Assembly (NCBI RefSeq): GCF_018977255.1 | Contig: NW_024704755.1 | Location: 496,001 to 560,000 of the forward strand | Length of the DNA: 64,000 nt | DNA from: Callorhinchus milii | Taxonomy: Eukaryota | Reading direction: 5' to 3' | Part shown: in pieces, positions 1 through 12,859 of the stretch | Numbering within the stretch: the stretch's first letter is position 1 | Layout: each line of letters begins with the position of its first letter | Translations under genes and position numbers: made by a program | Notes under the pieces: generated by a model | Told to the model about the DNA's origin: nothing | Databases searched by the model: none | What the model saw: the letters and a program-made list of their open reading frames with translations, nothing else

Positions 1-1040
1 ACAAGAACAACAAGATTACATTTGATAGAGCCTTTCATGTCAGGAGGACGTCCCAAGGCGTTGGACAGACAGAGTTAGCTGAGGGTCGGAGTGCGGGAGG
101 GGGGAAGGCGGGTGGGGGGAAAAAGCAGGGCGATCGAAATCACTGTTGAAGAGGAGGGTTTTGAGGTGGGTCTTGAAGGTGGCAAGGGAGGGGGCGAGTT
201 GGAGTTCCAGAGGGTGGGTGCAGATTGGCGGAAGGCCCGCACGCTGATAGTGGGGCGAGCGAGGCGGGGGACATGAAGCAGGCCGGAGCCCACTGAGCGG
301 AGGGAGCAAACAGGATGGTAGGAGGATAGGAAGTCGGAGAGGTAGGTGGGAGCAAGATCATGGAGGGCTTTGAAGGTGATGACCAGGATCTTGAACCGTA
401 TACTCTGTGTGATGGGAAGCCAGTGGAGTTGGGTAAGGATGGGAGTGATAAGAGTCACAGAGCCTAGTAGGGGGGAGGACATGGGCTGCAGAGTTCTGGA
501 TGATCTGCAGCCTGTGGAGGGAGGAATTGGGGAGGCCGACAAGCAGGGAGTTTGCATAGTCTCGATGTAATGAAAGCATTTTTGAGGCTTTCGGTGGCCT
601 GCGGTGCGACATGGTGGCGGAGCCGTTCGATGTTGCGGAGGTGGGGGAAGGCAGAACGGGTCATGGCGCAGATGTGGGGTAGAATGGATAGTTGAGGGTC
701 AAACGAGACCCCAAGATTCCAGACTGGCTCAGTGAGGGGGAGTGTGCAACCATGGACGGTGATGCTGTCAGCGCCTGAGGTGAGGAGGCGCTGACGGGAG
801 CCAATCAGGAGCCCCCGTCTTGTTGAAGTTCAACTGAAGAAAGTTAGCGCTCATCCAGGACTTGATGTCTGACAGACATTCTGTCAGGAGAGCAGTGGGA
901 CCTGGAGTCAAGGGTGGAGGCAGAGAGGTACCTCTACAGAGAGATAGAGTTGGGTGTCATCCACATACATGTGGAAGTTAACCCCATGTCTGCAGATGAT
1001 GTCGCCAAGAGGGAGCACACAGATGTTGAAGAGGAGCTTC
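1..1040 (-). mobile_element. L2-clade LINE, 5'-truncated degenerate 3' fragment (end of RT ORF2 plus tail)
   Basis: Minus-strand translations contain L2 C-terminal motifs (LHRLQIIQNSAA, ITPILTQLHWLPI, RFKILVITFKALHDLAPTYLSD, FKTHLKTLLF) broken by frameshifts; TTG-like tail at 1-20. Confidence 0.9.
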
Positions 1041-2227
1041 CAGGCATCGAACACGTGAACTGAAGTGCCAGCCAGCATTTGTCGTCAAACAAAGATATCA
1101 AAAGTTAAAAATGTCGATGTTATCCAACAAAAATGAGAAAATAAATAAATTCCAGCAATCCTAATGATCAATGATGATCGAGGAGGAGCACAAAAAGCAG
1201 TTAGAAACTGAAGGGAGTCCAAATAAGAACAATGGGTCAGCCGGGTCTGACACATGCGGAAACACATCACTATGCTTAAGAGTCTTCAAACCAACTGAGA
1301 ATTCCATGCACGTCCCTCCTACATATGAAATCCCAAAGATAGAGGAGATATAGTTCACACACGTAGCAACCCCTTAGGTTTCCCATAATTTGCCCACAAA
1401 AGAGTCACCACACTGGACAGTAAATCCTGTGAACAGCATTGAGATGTCCTCCTGATGTGAAATAATCTATAACAAATGTAAGGGTTATTATTATTTTAGA
1501 ATTTCCTTAGCAGCTTAAAGAACAAAAGATTTGCAGCTTTGCTGCACAAATAATTATGAAATCACTTTTACATTTAAACTCTGATCACACTCTCTAGAAC
1601 AGTCTTGGCATATCTACACAAATAGTGACACACAAATACACATATATAAAATATATATTTCACCTCTGAATGCAGTCTACCTTGTACTACTGTGAAATGG
1701 GATCACCCCAAATATACCCAAACTAGTTTATGCAGCAGTTTGTGATAGCTCTTACACCTGATCACAACATAGATATAAACATTGGCATTAAATGGAAAGA
1801 TCTACAAGTACAGTATAATGTGTTGAAAATGCAATAATGCAATAATCAAAATTTGTCATTCATCATGTAAAAGGCAGCATGTTCAGCACTCAACTCTGAT
1901 GGATAAGTTGCTTTGTGCAGAAGTGCTGACACAGCATAAAGTTAACCAGCACAATACAGGAGAGAACCAAAAAGGCTTCCTGCAATTCGTATCAAATTTT
2001 AAATCAGACCTTCTTGAGGTCACAGAATAAGGTTGAAAAGGATCCCAACGCCTTCAGCAGTCCTAGCAAGAACTTTCTCATGAGCATTTTATAATGTGCA
2101 TAAAACCAGCATGGGCTTGAATAGGCCGAATCACCCCCTTCTGCTGCCATTTCTGTAATAAAGGTTTCTCATGAGGGTCAACTGCAACCCCTTTTGCTTC
2201 GTTGCACCTTCCTTTTGGTGGATGTGT

Positions 2228-2382
2228 GTGAGCTAAGTTACAGTGTACAATACATATGGGTTGTGAACTTAGTTACAGTGTACATACAATACATATGTGT
2301 TGTGAGCTAGGTTATAGTGTACAATATATATGTATTGTGAGCTAGGTTACGGTGTACAATATATATGTGCTGTGAGCAAGGT
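2228..2382. repeat. Degenerate ~33-36 bp tandem repeat (gtgagctaggttacagtgtacaatatatatgtgtt), ~4-5 units
   Basis: The motif ttacagtgtacaata..tatgtgttgtgagcta recurs directly in the sequence. Confidence 0.75.
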
Positions 2383-2711
2383 TGGAGCTCTCGATAGCAA
2401 GACTGGAGCTTCCCATTTATCCTATTCCAAGGTGGAGGAATACCAAAGACTTCTAAAACAACGCTGTTTATTTTCAATTTGGAGTGCACCAAAGGCTTCC
2501 TTAAAACCCCCAACAATGCACAAACTCAATGGAAGAATTAGTATTGAAGAAACATAGCAAGTTCAAAGTAGCTCCCCTCAAAAGAATGAATATTCTTACT
2601 GCTCAATTTCTGTGTGTGTGCGTGGGGAGGTGGGGGTGGGGGGGGGGGGTGTGGGGGGGAGGATGAGTATAATGCAAACAACTCAACTGCAAAAAATTTG
2701 CACAAAACGTC

Positions 2712-2832
2712 ATCGACCTGAAACATTAACTCACTCTCCTCTCTCTAGAGGTGCTGCCTCACCTGCTGAGTGTCCCCAGCGATTCTGCTTTTATTTCAGA
2801 TGTCCAGCATCTGCAGTATTTTGCCTTTTGTA
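2712..2832 (+). mobile_element. Fragment of a common chondrichthyan interspersed repeat (gacctgaaacattaact...ttatttcagatgtccagcatctgcagtattttgc)
   Basis: Recognised from memory as a high-copy shark repeat; family assignment uncertain. Related to the element at 4490-4670. Confidence 0.55.
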
Positions 2833-4489
2833 GCATATTCACTCATATTGCTCAACACTCTCCTCTAGAGTAAAGTGGAAATTTTCAGCCCAACTCATTT
2901 TCACTCACAGACTAGTATTGTAAGTGCAGACTATTCTGTGAGACAGTAGCCGTATGGAACTAAGTTCTGGCTTCTGTTCACGTCCAACAGAATATCTACA
3001 GAAAATGCTTTCAGACCATGAACCAACCACTGTGTTCACCTCAGGTCAGGAAAGAATTCCATTTACCATAGAAGGTAACATTGTAACTGCCAATATTTTT
3101 TAAACACAGCATTACTAGCACAAGAAAAATGTGGCAAACACTGCTTCTCAGTCTGTGACAAGCCAGTATAAACAGGAAAGGACATAGCCTCCAACACTAA
3201 TTATACACAAATTGTACCAACCATTTGTGATTTACACTGGCAGCCCATCATACAACAATCAGGGTTGCTTATGCTTACAAACAACTTTGGTTTCTGGTTT
3301 CCTTCACTAAGTAACACCACTTCACAATTGTTACTGTTGTGCAAATTGTCAACAACATTAATTCTGATGACTACAAAAAAAGTCACTGCACTTTACAGTA
3401 TATCCTGTGAAGCACTTTGGATGTCCTCCTGATGTAAAAGACGCTATCACTTGACACTTGCCTGGAATGATTATTATGCTAAGATTAATACTCTGGGATT
3501 TCTTGCTCAGGTACAGTTCAGAAGCCCTGACATTAATATACCATCTCCACAAAACATTTGCAGTTTTACTTCCTCATCATACTTCTTAACCATATCACAT
3601 GCTCCTATTTTATCCTTGTGGCATGAGTTCACACTGTTTGACCTCTGAAGTAAAATGAGCTCCAACTGCAAAATTTCTGTCCAGCACATGCTTCACAAAT
3701 CTGCCATGCATGTGTCACACCTAAAATAACTTTCCAGACAGTTCTTATTCGCAACACAGAACGATGGAAATGCAAGGAGAAATATATACTGCTGCTGTTC
3801 TCTCTCACCCATTGCAAGACAGACACTGCTACAAGGAAGGAGAGAAACTTAACATTCCCCTCTGACACACCTTTTACCGAGGCCTTAGAAGTTGTCCAAT
3901 TCTCTTCATTACATCAAGTCCAAAACTAACAGTCACTCATAAATAGAATGAAATAAAATGCAGTATTTCATTTAAAATCATAAATAAGATACCAGGTAGT
4001 CAGTCAGCTGAAGATTTCATGCCATGTCAGAGGACAGTTATAAAACTTTCAGTTATCCTAAAGGTTTAGCATTCCTCAGTGCCTGTTGTATGATTGCCTT
4101 ACTATTGCTGTTTTACCATAATTTCCAGCTGCCCATTAACATGTTCATTGGTGATAGAAAGTGGCGAGACTACAATTTAAGGCCAGTTAAAATATAGGTT
4201 TTTTTTAAGGATAAATTACAAAAGTCCATGCGCTTTGTTGACTTGGGAGGATAAGCACATGATGAGGGCGACCACAAAAGCACAGGTAAGCCCAATACGA
4301 ACAGATCCAAAGCGCTTATTCATTCATGTCACAGGATATTCTGTGTGACAGATAGATTTGTGTCAAGCAGGGAAGCAAAAAAAATACAAATGATGCAAAA
4401 ATATTAGCACCAACTAAATCATACTGGGTCAGCCCACAGCTAAGCAGGCCTACATTTTGAAAAACAGATACAGAAGCAGCCATTTATGG

Positions 4490-4670
4490 ACTAAAACACA
4501 GGAATGCTTGAAATTCACAGCAGCTCAATCGATTCTGAACGAGAAAACAGGTTAACATTTCACACATGATCTTCAGTCAAAGGAGTCAATCCAAAACGTT
4601 ACACATTTCTCTTTCAGATACTGTTTGAGTTGCTGTTAATTTCTGGCTTTTGCCGCTTTTTTCATCTGCA
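4490..4670. mobile_element. Degenerate hairpin (inverted-repeat) element of the same family
   Basis: The left arm (aaaacacaggaatgcttgaaattcacagcagctcaa...ggttaacattt) is imperfectly complementary to the right arm (aaacgttac...ttcagatactgtttgagttgctgttaatttctggctttt). Confidence 0.45.
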
Positions 4671-7600
4671 GAAGATTGAACCTAAAGAAAATAATTGCAG
4701 CGGTAATCACTTCTAACTGTTCCTAGTCATTTACTTGCCACTTTTCAAAATAGTAGACAACCCTGGGAATGTGAGATCAGCCACTGAGCCTCAGACATTA
4801 AAAAAAAACTTTCTTCCAACAGCCTAGAAACATTTATTTCCCCAAATCTCTGAAATGATACTGTTATTAATCACAGTAACAAATTGAAGCAATAAGCAAG
4901 ATATGTTTCACTGCTTTCAGAGCACATCACAATACACTGAAGGGAATGAGAAAACATTTTGGCAATTCTAAAGTAAAGTTAAGAAGCATGATGAGAAAAT
5001 ACACTGACATTACATGCAGAATTCAAAGTGGCATTCTGCAGAATAAAGATGACTATGCAAAAGAATTAGACTCAATGGGTGGGTTATTGAGTTTCTCAAG
5101 TCTAAAATACACATTGTAAATTACATTTACCATTTTAAGAGGGCAATGCACTCTAGAGAAAACAAGCATTTTTGTCAGTTCAGGAAAGTGGTACGCTCAG
5201 TAACTTCCTCTTGCTCTAAAAACAATGGTGTAATCTGGATGCAAAGATTACTTTGCTCAAGCAGGGTGTGTCTCATAATACAATCATCAAAAGCGTAAAG
5301 GAGATGGAAAAATAGCCATTATACATGGCAGGATACCATAAAGCAAATAAATTCCCTGGCCCAGTGCCAATATACAGCCATTCACACCAGCAGAATAGCC
5401 TTTCATTTGTTCCACTCCAAGCTGTGGAACACAATAGTGAGAAACCGATTTGTCAGGGAGTCACCTGAACAGTTAGTTCTTTGCACAAAGACATACAAAA
5501 AGGATGAAAAGGTCATCTATGCCAACTATCTGCAAAAATATCTCAGTCTTCAAATATCCTGCAGTCTGCTCCAAACTATACCCCGTCTCTATCCTACGTT
5601 TCGCCCACACTCGTGTTCAGACTCTGTTGAGACTGGAATTATGAACACAGCCATAAAAAGTACACATGTAGATTGTGTACGTCCTTCTATAGACAATGTG
5701 ATCAGTCCTACAGTCATTTGTCTTGTTGTTTATACTGTATAGGATTCAGTGACATAACAAGGCCCCATGGAACTCACGTGCACATTGAAAGAATGAGTCA
5801 GTGACTTAATCCTCTCGTAAGTAAACAGATATTTAGTATCTCCGTTCTACCATCTCAACATAGTAACATTACTTATATTAACTCAGCACTTTGGTACCCC
5901 AGGTCAGCCATCATCATGTTTAAAAGTATGCAAACCAGACAGATTTTCACGTATATCTGCCACCTCTACACGGAAATTTCCATGCATCTGGAATGGAATA
6001 CTCCCTCAGGAGGGAAATTTTGATAATTTGGTACACTCCTCTGGAGGGATATACCTTGTTTACTCAATTCCGAAGAGTATTAGGGTAGGTTAGCAGGAGC
6101 CAATGCTAATGTCTCCAGAAGTAGGTATCAACATCTCTTAATCTGGTGTCTTCATTGCATTTTGAGAGGCAATAGCAACTAACATAGCAAGATTAAAATT
6201 ACTCCATATTTTTCTGGTTGAAAGAAAGAGGGCTCGAGCCATTACCAGGTCAGAGAAGTGGCTTCAGCACTGACTACTTGGCAGATTCAACATCAGCACC
6301 CTGGATTACACAAAGCACACTGACTACCAATAAGAAAGATTACCATTTCAGGTACAAGGAAACTTGCAAGAATCGGAACAATAACATTTAATGACAACAA
6401 TAATAATAATTCTTCCATTTGATACAGTGACATCTCAAAGCACTTCACAGACTTATGTGAAGTACGAGTTACAGGCAAACTTGCATAAGTCGGATTTTAT
6501 ACAACTTAATAATCGACACTACACATGAGTACTTCAATGCAGCCGGTAAGTGCGCTTACAGTGACGGGTAAAGATTTAATTTCCCATGATACAATGCCAG
6601 TAAGTGCAGTAGTGGCATTATGAGTTAGAAGATGACTTGCATAGGATTTAAGATCTATTGGGGACTCAGAAACCATTAAAATTTAGACATTTAACTTAAT
6701 TATCAAATACAACTAATGCAAAAAAATCTAAGTTTTTTTTACTAGGAAACTGAATGGAACTTGGGTGCATGTAAGTCTTAGGTGATTATACAATTTATAA
6801 AGATTCCTCCTCGTCATAGTATTTTTTATACTGAGTACACATCACAGTATAAAAATAATTACAGGCCAATGGCTTGCCTTCTTCAGCCAATCACAAGAAG
6901 CTACTCATGCGTATGTGACAACCACAGAATGCCTTCCCACCAGCAGAGAAAGTGCTTACCCTCTGGCAAAGCACCTGAAATTAGCTCAACGTAGTTACAT
7001 TCTCAAGGGAGAGTCTTATTTTGAATTTTAACTGCAGCAGAACTGGAAAGCTTGCTCTGCAAAACAAATGTTCTGACGTACAGTACTTAAAAGTGGAGAA
7101 CAATAAAACGTTCTCCACTTCTTAGACAAACATAGAAAGCAACATAATACTGGGGGTAGTAAGAGAAGGAATTCACACTAAACTTAAGCCCAAATACCAG
7201 CCACAGAAACCAATAAAGTAACAAACCTTCTGCACCTCATGATCTCAGAAGCAAAGAATGTTCACAACAAGCCACTACAATCCAGCATCAGAATTCCAAG
7301 ACTCAGTGAAATAGTACAAAAGGGAGAGATGAGATCCACTGGAAAAATGTTTGGCTGACAAGCACATTGATTTTAAATAATTGTTCCATATAAATACTTC
7401 AAATGCCTCTGAGGAACGGAGGGAAATGAGAAACAGATCAGCAAACCTAAATATTGTCAGTGAACTGGAGAAGGATTTGTAAAACAATATAATAGATGAT
7501 TAATATTTATGAAGTGAGATAACCTTTGCTTTTCAGTAATGCATAGACAGAGAGATGAGATTCCAAGACACTATTGAATAAAGTTAAACTGAAATCAACA

Positions 7601-8169
7601 CTTTCTCCAACTCAATGAAGCTACTAATTTACAGAAACAATAAAGTTAAAGATTTAAACTTAAATCCACCTGTTCAATCAGACTTTCCATTTAAAAAAAA
7701 ATCACAATATGAAATGGGGTGTTTCCTCCAAGGAGGGTGGGGAAACCCCTCAGGTGCACAAGAATGCAATAACAAATGAGAACTGTAACTGATTCACCAC
7801 AAAAAAACATACCCTCTTTGCTAATGCAGAGCGCTTTCCCATACACAAAAAGACGCAGGTTTTGGTGCATACAAAAATAAGAGAATCAGAAGGAACCAAT
7901 GCCTGAAATGTAAATTGCTTCCTGGACGCCAAGGTGCATTGGGAATGTTGAAAGATACCAGACCTCTGCTCCCTTGGCCGAATTAAAACAATTCGGTTGG
8001 GGATTTCACCCCTCCCAGACCCTGCTCTCCACACCACGGTGTGTTGCAAGAGACTGGAACCGGGGGCAGGAAGGGTGTTAACCAGCTTCCCCTGCTGGGA
8101 TACACCTCCACCCGCTCCCACTACAGACACTTTTTTTTTGCCCTCTCTCTCCTTCCCTCATCTCCAACA

Positions 8170-8602
8170 CATCAATAATAATAAATACTTGTACTTGATA
8201 ATGCCCTTAGGTAATCAAAACATCTCAAAGCGCTTCACAGGATTTACTATAACATGTAGTGAGTGAATTTGTGGACCATACCAGCTAATTGTGCGCACAG
8301 CGATGCAACACCAATCCCCCACACCAAAACTTGCATTTATATAGCACCCTTCATGCAGGGCAGCGTCTCAGAACATCACACACACACATAGCCGCCGAGT
8401 GAGTGACCAACTTTATTTGGGGGGTTGTTGGCGAGGACACCGGGAAGGGGAGAGAAACTCCCTTCTCTTTGTGACGAGCGCCCCAGGGTGTTTAACGTCC
8501 AACTGAACTCGGCACAGATGAGGAGCTGAGGGTTAACGTCTCATCCGAAGGACAGCATCTCCGACAATGCAGCGCTCCCCCCAGTGCGGCACTGGAGTGT
8601 CA
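8170..8602 (-). mobile_element. SINE relic(s) (Deu-domain-type body with L2-like tail)
   Basis: Reverse complement of the recurrent SINE body (cactccagtgc..gggagcgctgcattgtcggagatgctgtccttcggatgagacgttaa) and of the gtgaagcgctttgagatg...ttattatta tail seen at many places in this window. Confidence 0.75.
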
Positions 8603-8696
8603 TCATAGACACCGCCTTCTTCCTCCCAACCCGGAATACACCGCCCCCCCCACCCCCCCCCCACACACACACACACATACCGCCCCCCCCCACACA

Positions 8697-8898
8697 NNNN
8701 NNNNNNNNNNNNNNNNNNNNNNNNNNNNNNNNNNNNNNNNNNNNNNNNNNNNNNNNNNNNNNNNNNNNNNNNNNNNNNNNNNNNNNNNNNNNNNNNNNNN
8801 NNNNNNNNNNNNNNNNNNNNNNNNNNNNNNNNNNNNNNNNNNNNNNNNNNNNNNNNNNNNNNNNNNNNNNNNNNNNNNNNNNNNNNNNNNNNNNNNNN
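8697..8898. other. Assembly gap (N run)
   Basis: Run of n bases flanked by poly-C/CA low-complexity sequence. Confidence 0.99.
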
Positions 8899-8919
8899 AC
8901 ACCGCCCCCCCCATAAAAA

Positions 8920-9750
8920 TACACTCACCCACTACCTGAGGCAACACCCCCACACCCCCACCGCCCGGGAATCCCTGGCCCCGGCGCATTGGGCCTCAAC
9001 CGCTCATCCCTGAAACCCCCGCCCGCCGTCGCCGCTCCTCTGACATACCGACCACACCTCAGGTCACACGCCGCTGGGAGAGACCGTCAAACCGAGCGCT
9101 GCCGCCGCGGGAGAGCAATGAGACCGAGTGGCAGCTGAGTGCGGCCGCGGTGCTGACAGGCGGGGCCAGGACTCCGCTCGGGGGCTCCGCGTTCACACTG
9201 AAGCTCCGGCGCCGCCGCCACTGAGCTGACGGACGGACGGACGGACAGAGTCGCGCGCCAGACTCGGTGTGTACACCGGAAACCCGCTGCTCCCATCCGA
9301 CCGGCGCCGACAGGGGGAGCCGCGCCCTGACCGCCCACACCCACTCCCACCAATCACACTCTAATGTTGTATTGTTATTAATATCTGTGATACTGACACA
9401 AAATCAAAGCTATAAAACGCCTTCGGCGGCGAGAGAAACGCGCTGTGAGACAGCAATGGGTGGGCAGCCCGTGTGCAGCGCCCCCCCGCTGTTTGAATCC
9501 TGGGAATAGTTTCTCCTACCAACTGCGGCGGAGGGGACCGGACGTGACGACGTCGGGAATCTCTCTGGGTTTAAAAGAAGAGCCGGAGGAGAGGGGCTGA
9601 TACCTCCCTCCGCGGGTGATCAGAGAACGCGGAAGCGTTTTCGAAGAGCGTCGCCTGCCGCTGTGAACCCTGTGCGCGTGTGTGGCGCAGTGCACTGTGG
9701 GGGCTGTAGTTCCCATTCGTGTCATTCATTCCGGTTTCAGATGGAGCGGA
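8920..9750 (-). promoter_or_regulatory. CpG-island promoter with probable non-coding first exon of an unidentified minus-strand gene
   Basis: CpG-dense sequence with ETS CCGGAA (~9276), CCAAT (~9350) and a ZNF143/SBS-like GGGAACTACAGCCCCCAC (minus, ~9697-9714). Candidate minus-strand donors: CG|GTATGT (GT at 9048-9047) and GG|GTGAGT (GT at 8928-8927). No convincing ORF. Confidence 0.55.
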
Positions 9751-9774
9751 GCCGAAATATTGCCAATTCATAAG

Positions 9775-10240
9775 AGTCATAAGAGTTCGGCAGCACAGAA
9801 GGAGGCCATTCGGCCCATCGTGGCTGTGTCGGCTGTTTTAAAAGAGCTTCCAAATCCCTCCACATAGCTCTGCAAAGTTGTCCTCCCCAAATAATTATCT
9901 ACTTCTCTTAAAAGTTGTTATCAAATTGGCTTCTACCAGATCCCAACAATGCACTGTGTGAAAATATATTTCTCATAACTTCCTGACGTTTGTATTCTAT
10001 GCCCTATTTATAAAGCCTGGTATCCCTTACGCTTTTTTAAAAGCTTTATCTACCTGTCCTGCCACCTTCAAAGATTTACTTACATGACCCCCCGGTCTCT
10101 CTGTTCCTTCATCACCTTTATGATTATACCATCAGCCTATATTGCCTCTCCTCATTCTTCCTTCAAAAATGCATCACTTTGCATTTCTCCATGTTAAACC
10201 TCATCTGTCACATGTCTGCCCATTTTACCAGTGTCTAAGT
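9775..10240 (-). mobile_element. CR1-clade LINE degenerate 3' fragments
   Basis: Begins with the reverse-complemented CR1 3' end (cagcacagaaggaggccattcggcccatcg), followed by CR1 RT-like text in antisense. Confidence 0.7.
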
Positions 10241-10249
10241 CCTCTTGCA

Positions 10250-10616
10250 GTCTTCACCTTCAAAGCCCTCCACAGTCTTGCTCCTCCCTACCTCTCTGAC
10301 CTCCTAAGCCCCTACCACCTTGTTCACTCCCTCTGCTTGCGGGCTCCAGCCTGCTTCACATACCCTGCCTTGCTCACGCCTTCCACCACTCTGCACCCAC
10401 CCTATGGAACTCCATCCTGCAGTCCCTCCGTCTCGCCCTCCTCCCTCACCACCTTCAAGACCTACCTCAAGACCCTCCTCTTCGTCTGTGCTTTTGATCT
10501 CCCTGCTTCCCCCCCTGCCCTTCACCCTCCCCCACCCAACCCCCAGCTCGGGTCCATAACTCTGTCTGTCCAGCACCTTGAAAGGGGTTTTACAAATGTA
10601 ATTTTGTTGTTGTTGC
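10250..10616 (+). mobile_element. L2 LINE 3' end
   Basis: FKALHSLAPPYLSDLL and FKTYLKTLLF motifs; tail acaaatgtaattttgttgttgttg. Confidence 0.85.
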
Positions 10617-11134
10617 TACTATCCTCCTCACTGTTAACTACTTTTCCTAGCACAGTTATAGCAGTGCTGACCCAGGCTCATTCACCACTTCAAGAACCCT
10701 GGATGAAGTCTAAGATTCAGACAAGACTAAGCAGTTTTAAATCTCCTTTATCCCCCAAAATGCTGTTCACAGAATGGTATTCAGTTATTGCACTGTTGGT
10801 CTCTACAGCCACTCCCTGCAGTTTGGGAGTGGTCTGTTCAATGTGGTGGGTAGCAGTGCTGGCATTGCCACCTGGTGTTGTCCAGCAGTACTACAGCCTG
10901 AGGTAAAGAGGTGATCAGAGAGACATCAAACCTAATAATAAAAAATAACGTGTGGAGGACATCTCACAGCACTGGACACGATTTACTGTAATTGAAGTGA
11001 CTGTGCATTTGTAATCGAACCTGAATAAAACACAAGTGTTTCAAAGACCATGGCCCAGATATATGAGCTAATGTCAAATTAGGGATTTTTTTAACTTCAT
11101 TTATATTCACAATAATTCAACTCTGCACTTTGCC

Positions 11135-11465
11135 TAATAATAATCCTTGCATTGATATAGCACCTTATCACGTCTTCGGGACATCGCAAAGCACTTCACA
11201 GAATATACCGTAAAGTAAATTGACTATATTTTATGGGCGAAACGGAACAGCCAATTTTGCACATCAGTGTTGCACATACAGTTGTGGACTGAGTCACCAA
11301 ATTATTGTGATTTTCACCCCCGGAAAAGCTATCTGCCAATCGACTAACAACTGGGTTCCTACTTACTGCGAGGTAAACAGAGGCATGTGGAGTAAGGAAA
11401 CTTGCCCAATGTTTTGCCCTGTCCGGGAATCAAACCCAGGTCCTCTCGCTTGTGAGAATGTCTCG
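11135..11465 (-). mobile_element. tRNA-derived SINE
   Basis: Minus-strand B-box-like head (gggtttgattcccggacaggg), a body with gtttccttactccacatgcc and an L2-like tail ending in (TAA)n on the plus strand. Similar copies at 32390-32670 and 33505-33845. Confidence 0.7.
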
Positions 11466-12859
11466 TTCTTTTTATGAAACTCTCCAGTTCCTTGGTGCTG
11501 CGCAATAGCATACTGTGTGCTGCAAATTCCTGATTAGTTGTTGTTCTGATCCAGATTTTTTAGGGTATTTTAGAAAAAAAATTCAAATCTCTTTCTAATG
11601 TTGAAGGATTGCAAACATTTATAAATCTTTTCAGGGAGGTTTACAATAAATGTCAGTCTGCAGCACTCCCTGCTCATTGAACAGGTGATTTCCTCTTTGC
11701 TTTGCTGAACAGAAATTTTAGCCTTCATTTAAAAATTTTGATTTTTCCAACGTAAAAGTATAACAACAGACACAGCTTGAAAATCAAAGGGAGTTTCTGC
11801 CAGTGTCCTGGCCAACAATTCTTCACATAAATTGGTCATTCACTTAATTGCTGTTAAGGAGATGCTGCTGTGCGCAAATTGGCTGCTGTGTTGGACTAGA
11901 AATGCAGTCACTACACATGACAGTACATAACTGTGAAACGCTTTGAGACATTTCAACCTATAAGCTTCTCCATACAGGCGGAGCGGTGATCAATGCTCAG
12001 GTGCACATGTGCTGCCCTCAGGTGGCGGTGTTGGGGCACTGCAGTTGGCACTGTCTTGATGATGCCCTCTGTACGTGTCTCACGTTGGCTGCCTGAGGGA
12101 ATCAGTCCTGTGCCGCATGATGTTTGTGCAATGCTTTTTTTAAAAAAGCTCAAAAGGTTTATTTTTGCCAATTTATTCCCATTTTTCTATTTTGCTCCTC
12201 TCCTTAAGGTACTGACTTCAGTAACCTGCCATATTTGGTACAATCCAACTTATCCTGCTGCATATTTACCACCAGTGGGCTCTATTGCTTGTAATTTGTG
12301 CCAATTGAGCCTTTCCCTACTGAATTAAACATTGTTCCATTTTCCCTGAATGAGGGGAGTGATTCTCTGGAGTGGAATACTCAATGTGGCCTTGTAGTTC
12401 AACTGTCCAGAGACCATTATAAATTTCCTGTCCTCCATTTTCCTGTAGTTTCTCCCCACACCCTTTCTCTTGGTGGCTGACTTGTGCTGTAGGATGGGCC
12501 ACAAGGGCCTGAGCATTCACAGCCTCACATACCTGTCAGGTAGTGTAACTATCTTAAAGTGCTTCACAAAATGATAATAATTAGAGGGCTGTTATGTAGG
12601 CGAGCACAGCAGCTAATCTGTGACAAGAGTAGGACCAGCCAAATAATCAGAATTGTTTGGATGAAGAAAACAAACCCAGAAGAGAAACGTCTTGTTTTAA
12701 CTTCCAGCTGAATCACAAAAATAATAAAACCCTGGTTTAAAGACTCATTTGAAAAAAGCATAATAATCTGGATAGATTAAAAATATGTGCATTTAATATA
12801 GATGCTATTCTCAGTAAAACGTCTCAAAACTTAATAAGCTATTTTTTCTTAAATCTCTG

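Noticed and set aside
5150-6380. Possible decayed coding or viral/retroelement relic (111-aa ORF at 5407-5742; minus-strand 'GIDDLF' resembling RT YxDD)
   Set aside because: The frames I translated had many stops and no additional recognisable motifs; a BLASTx/HMM search would be needed.
11415-11460. tRNA-like B-box sequences (also ~32635 and ~33785)
   Set aside because: They are SINE heads followed by SINE bodies and tails; no full cloverleaf.
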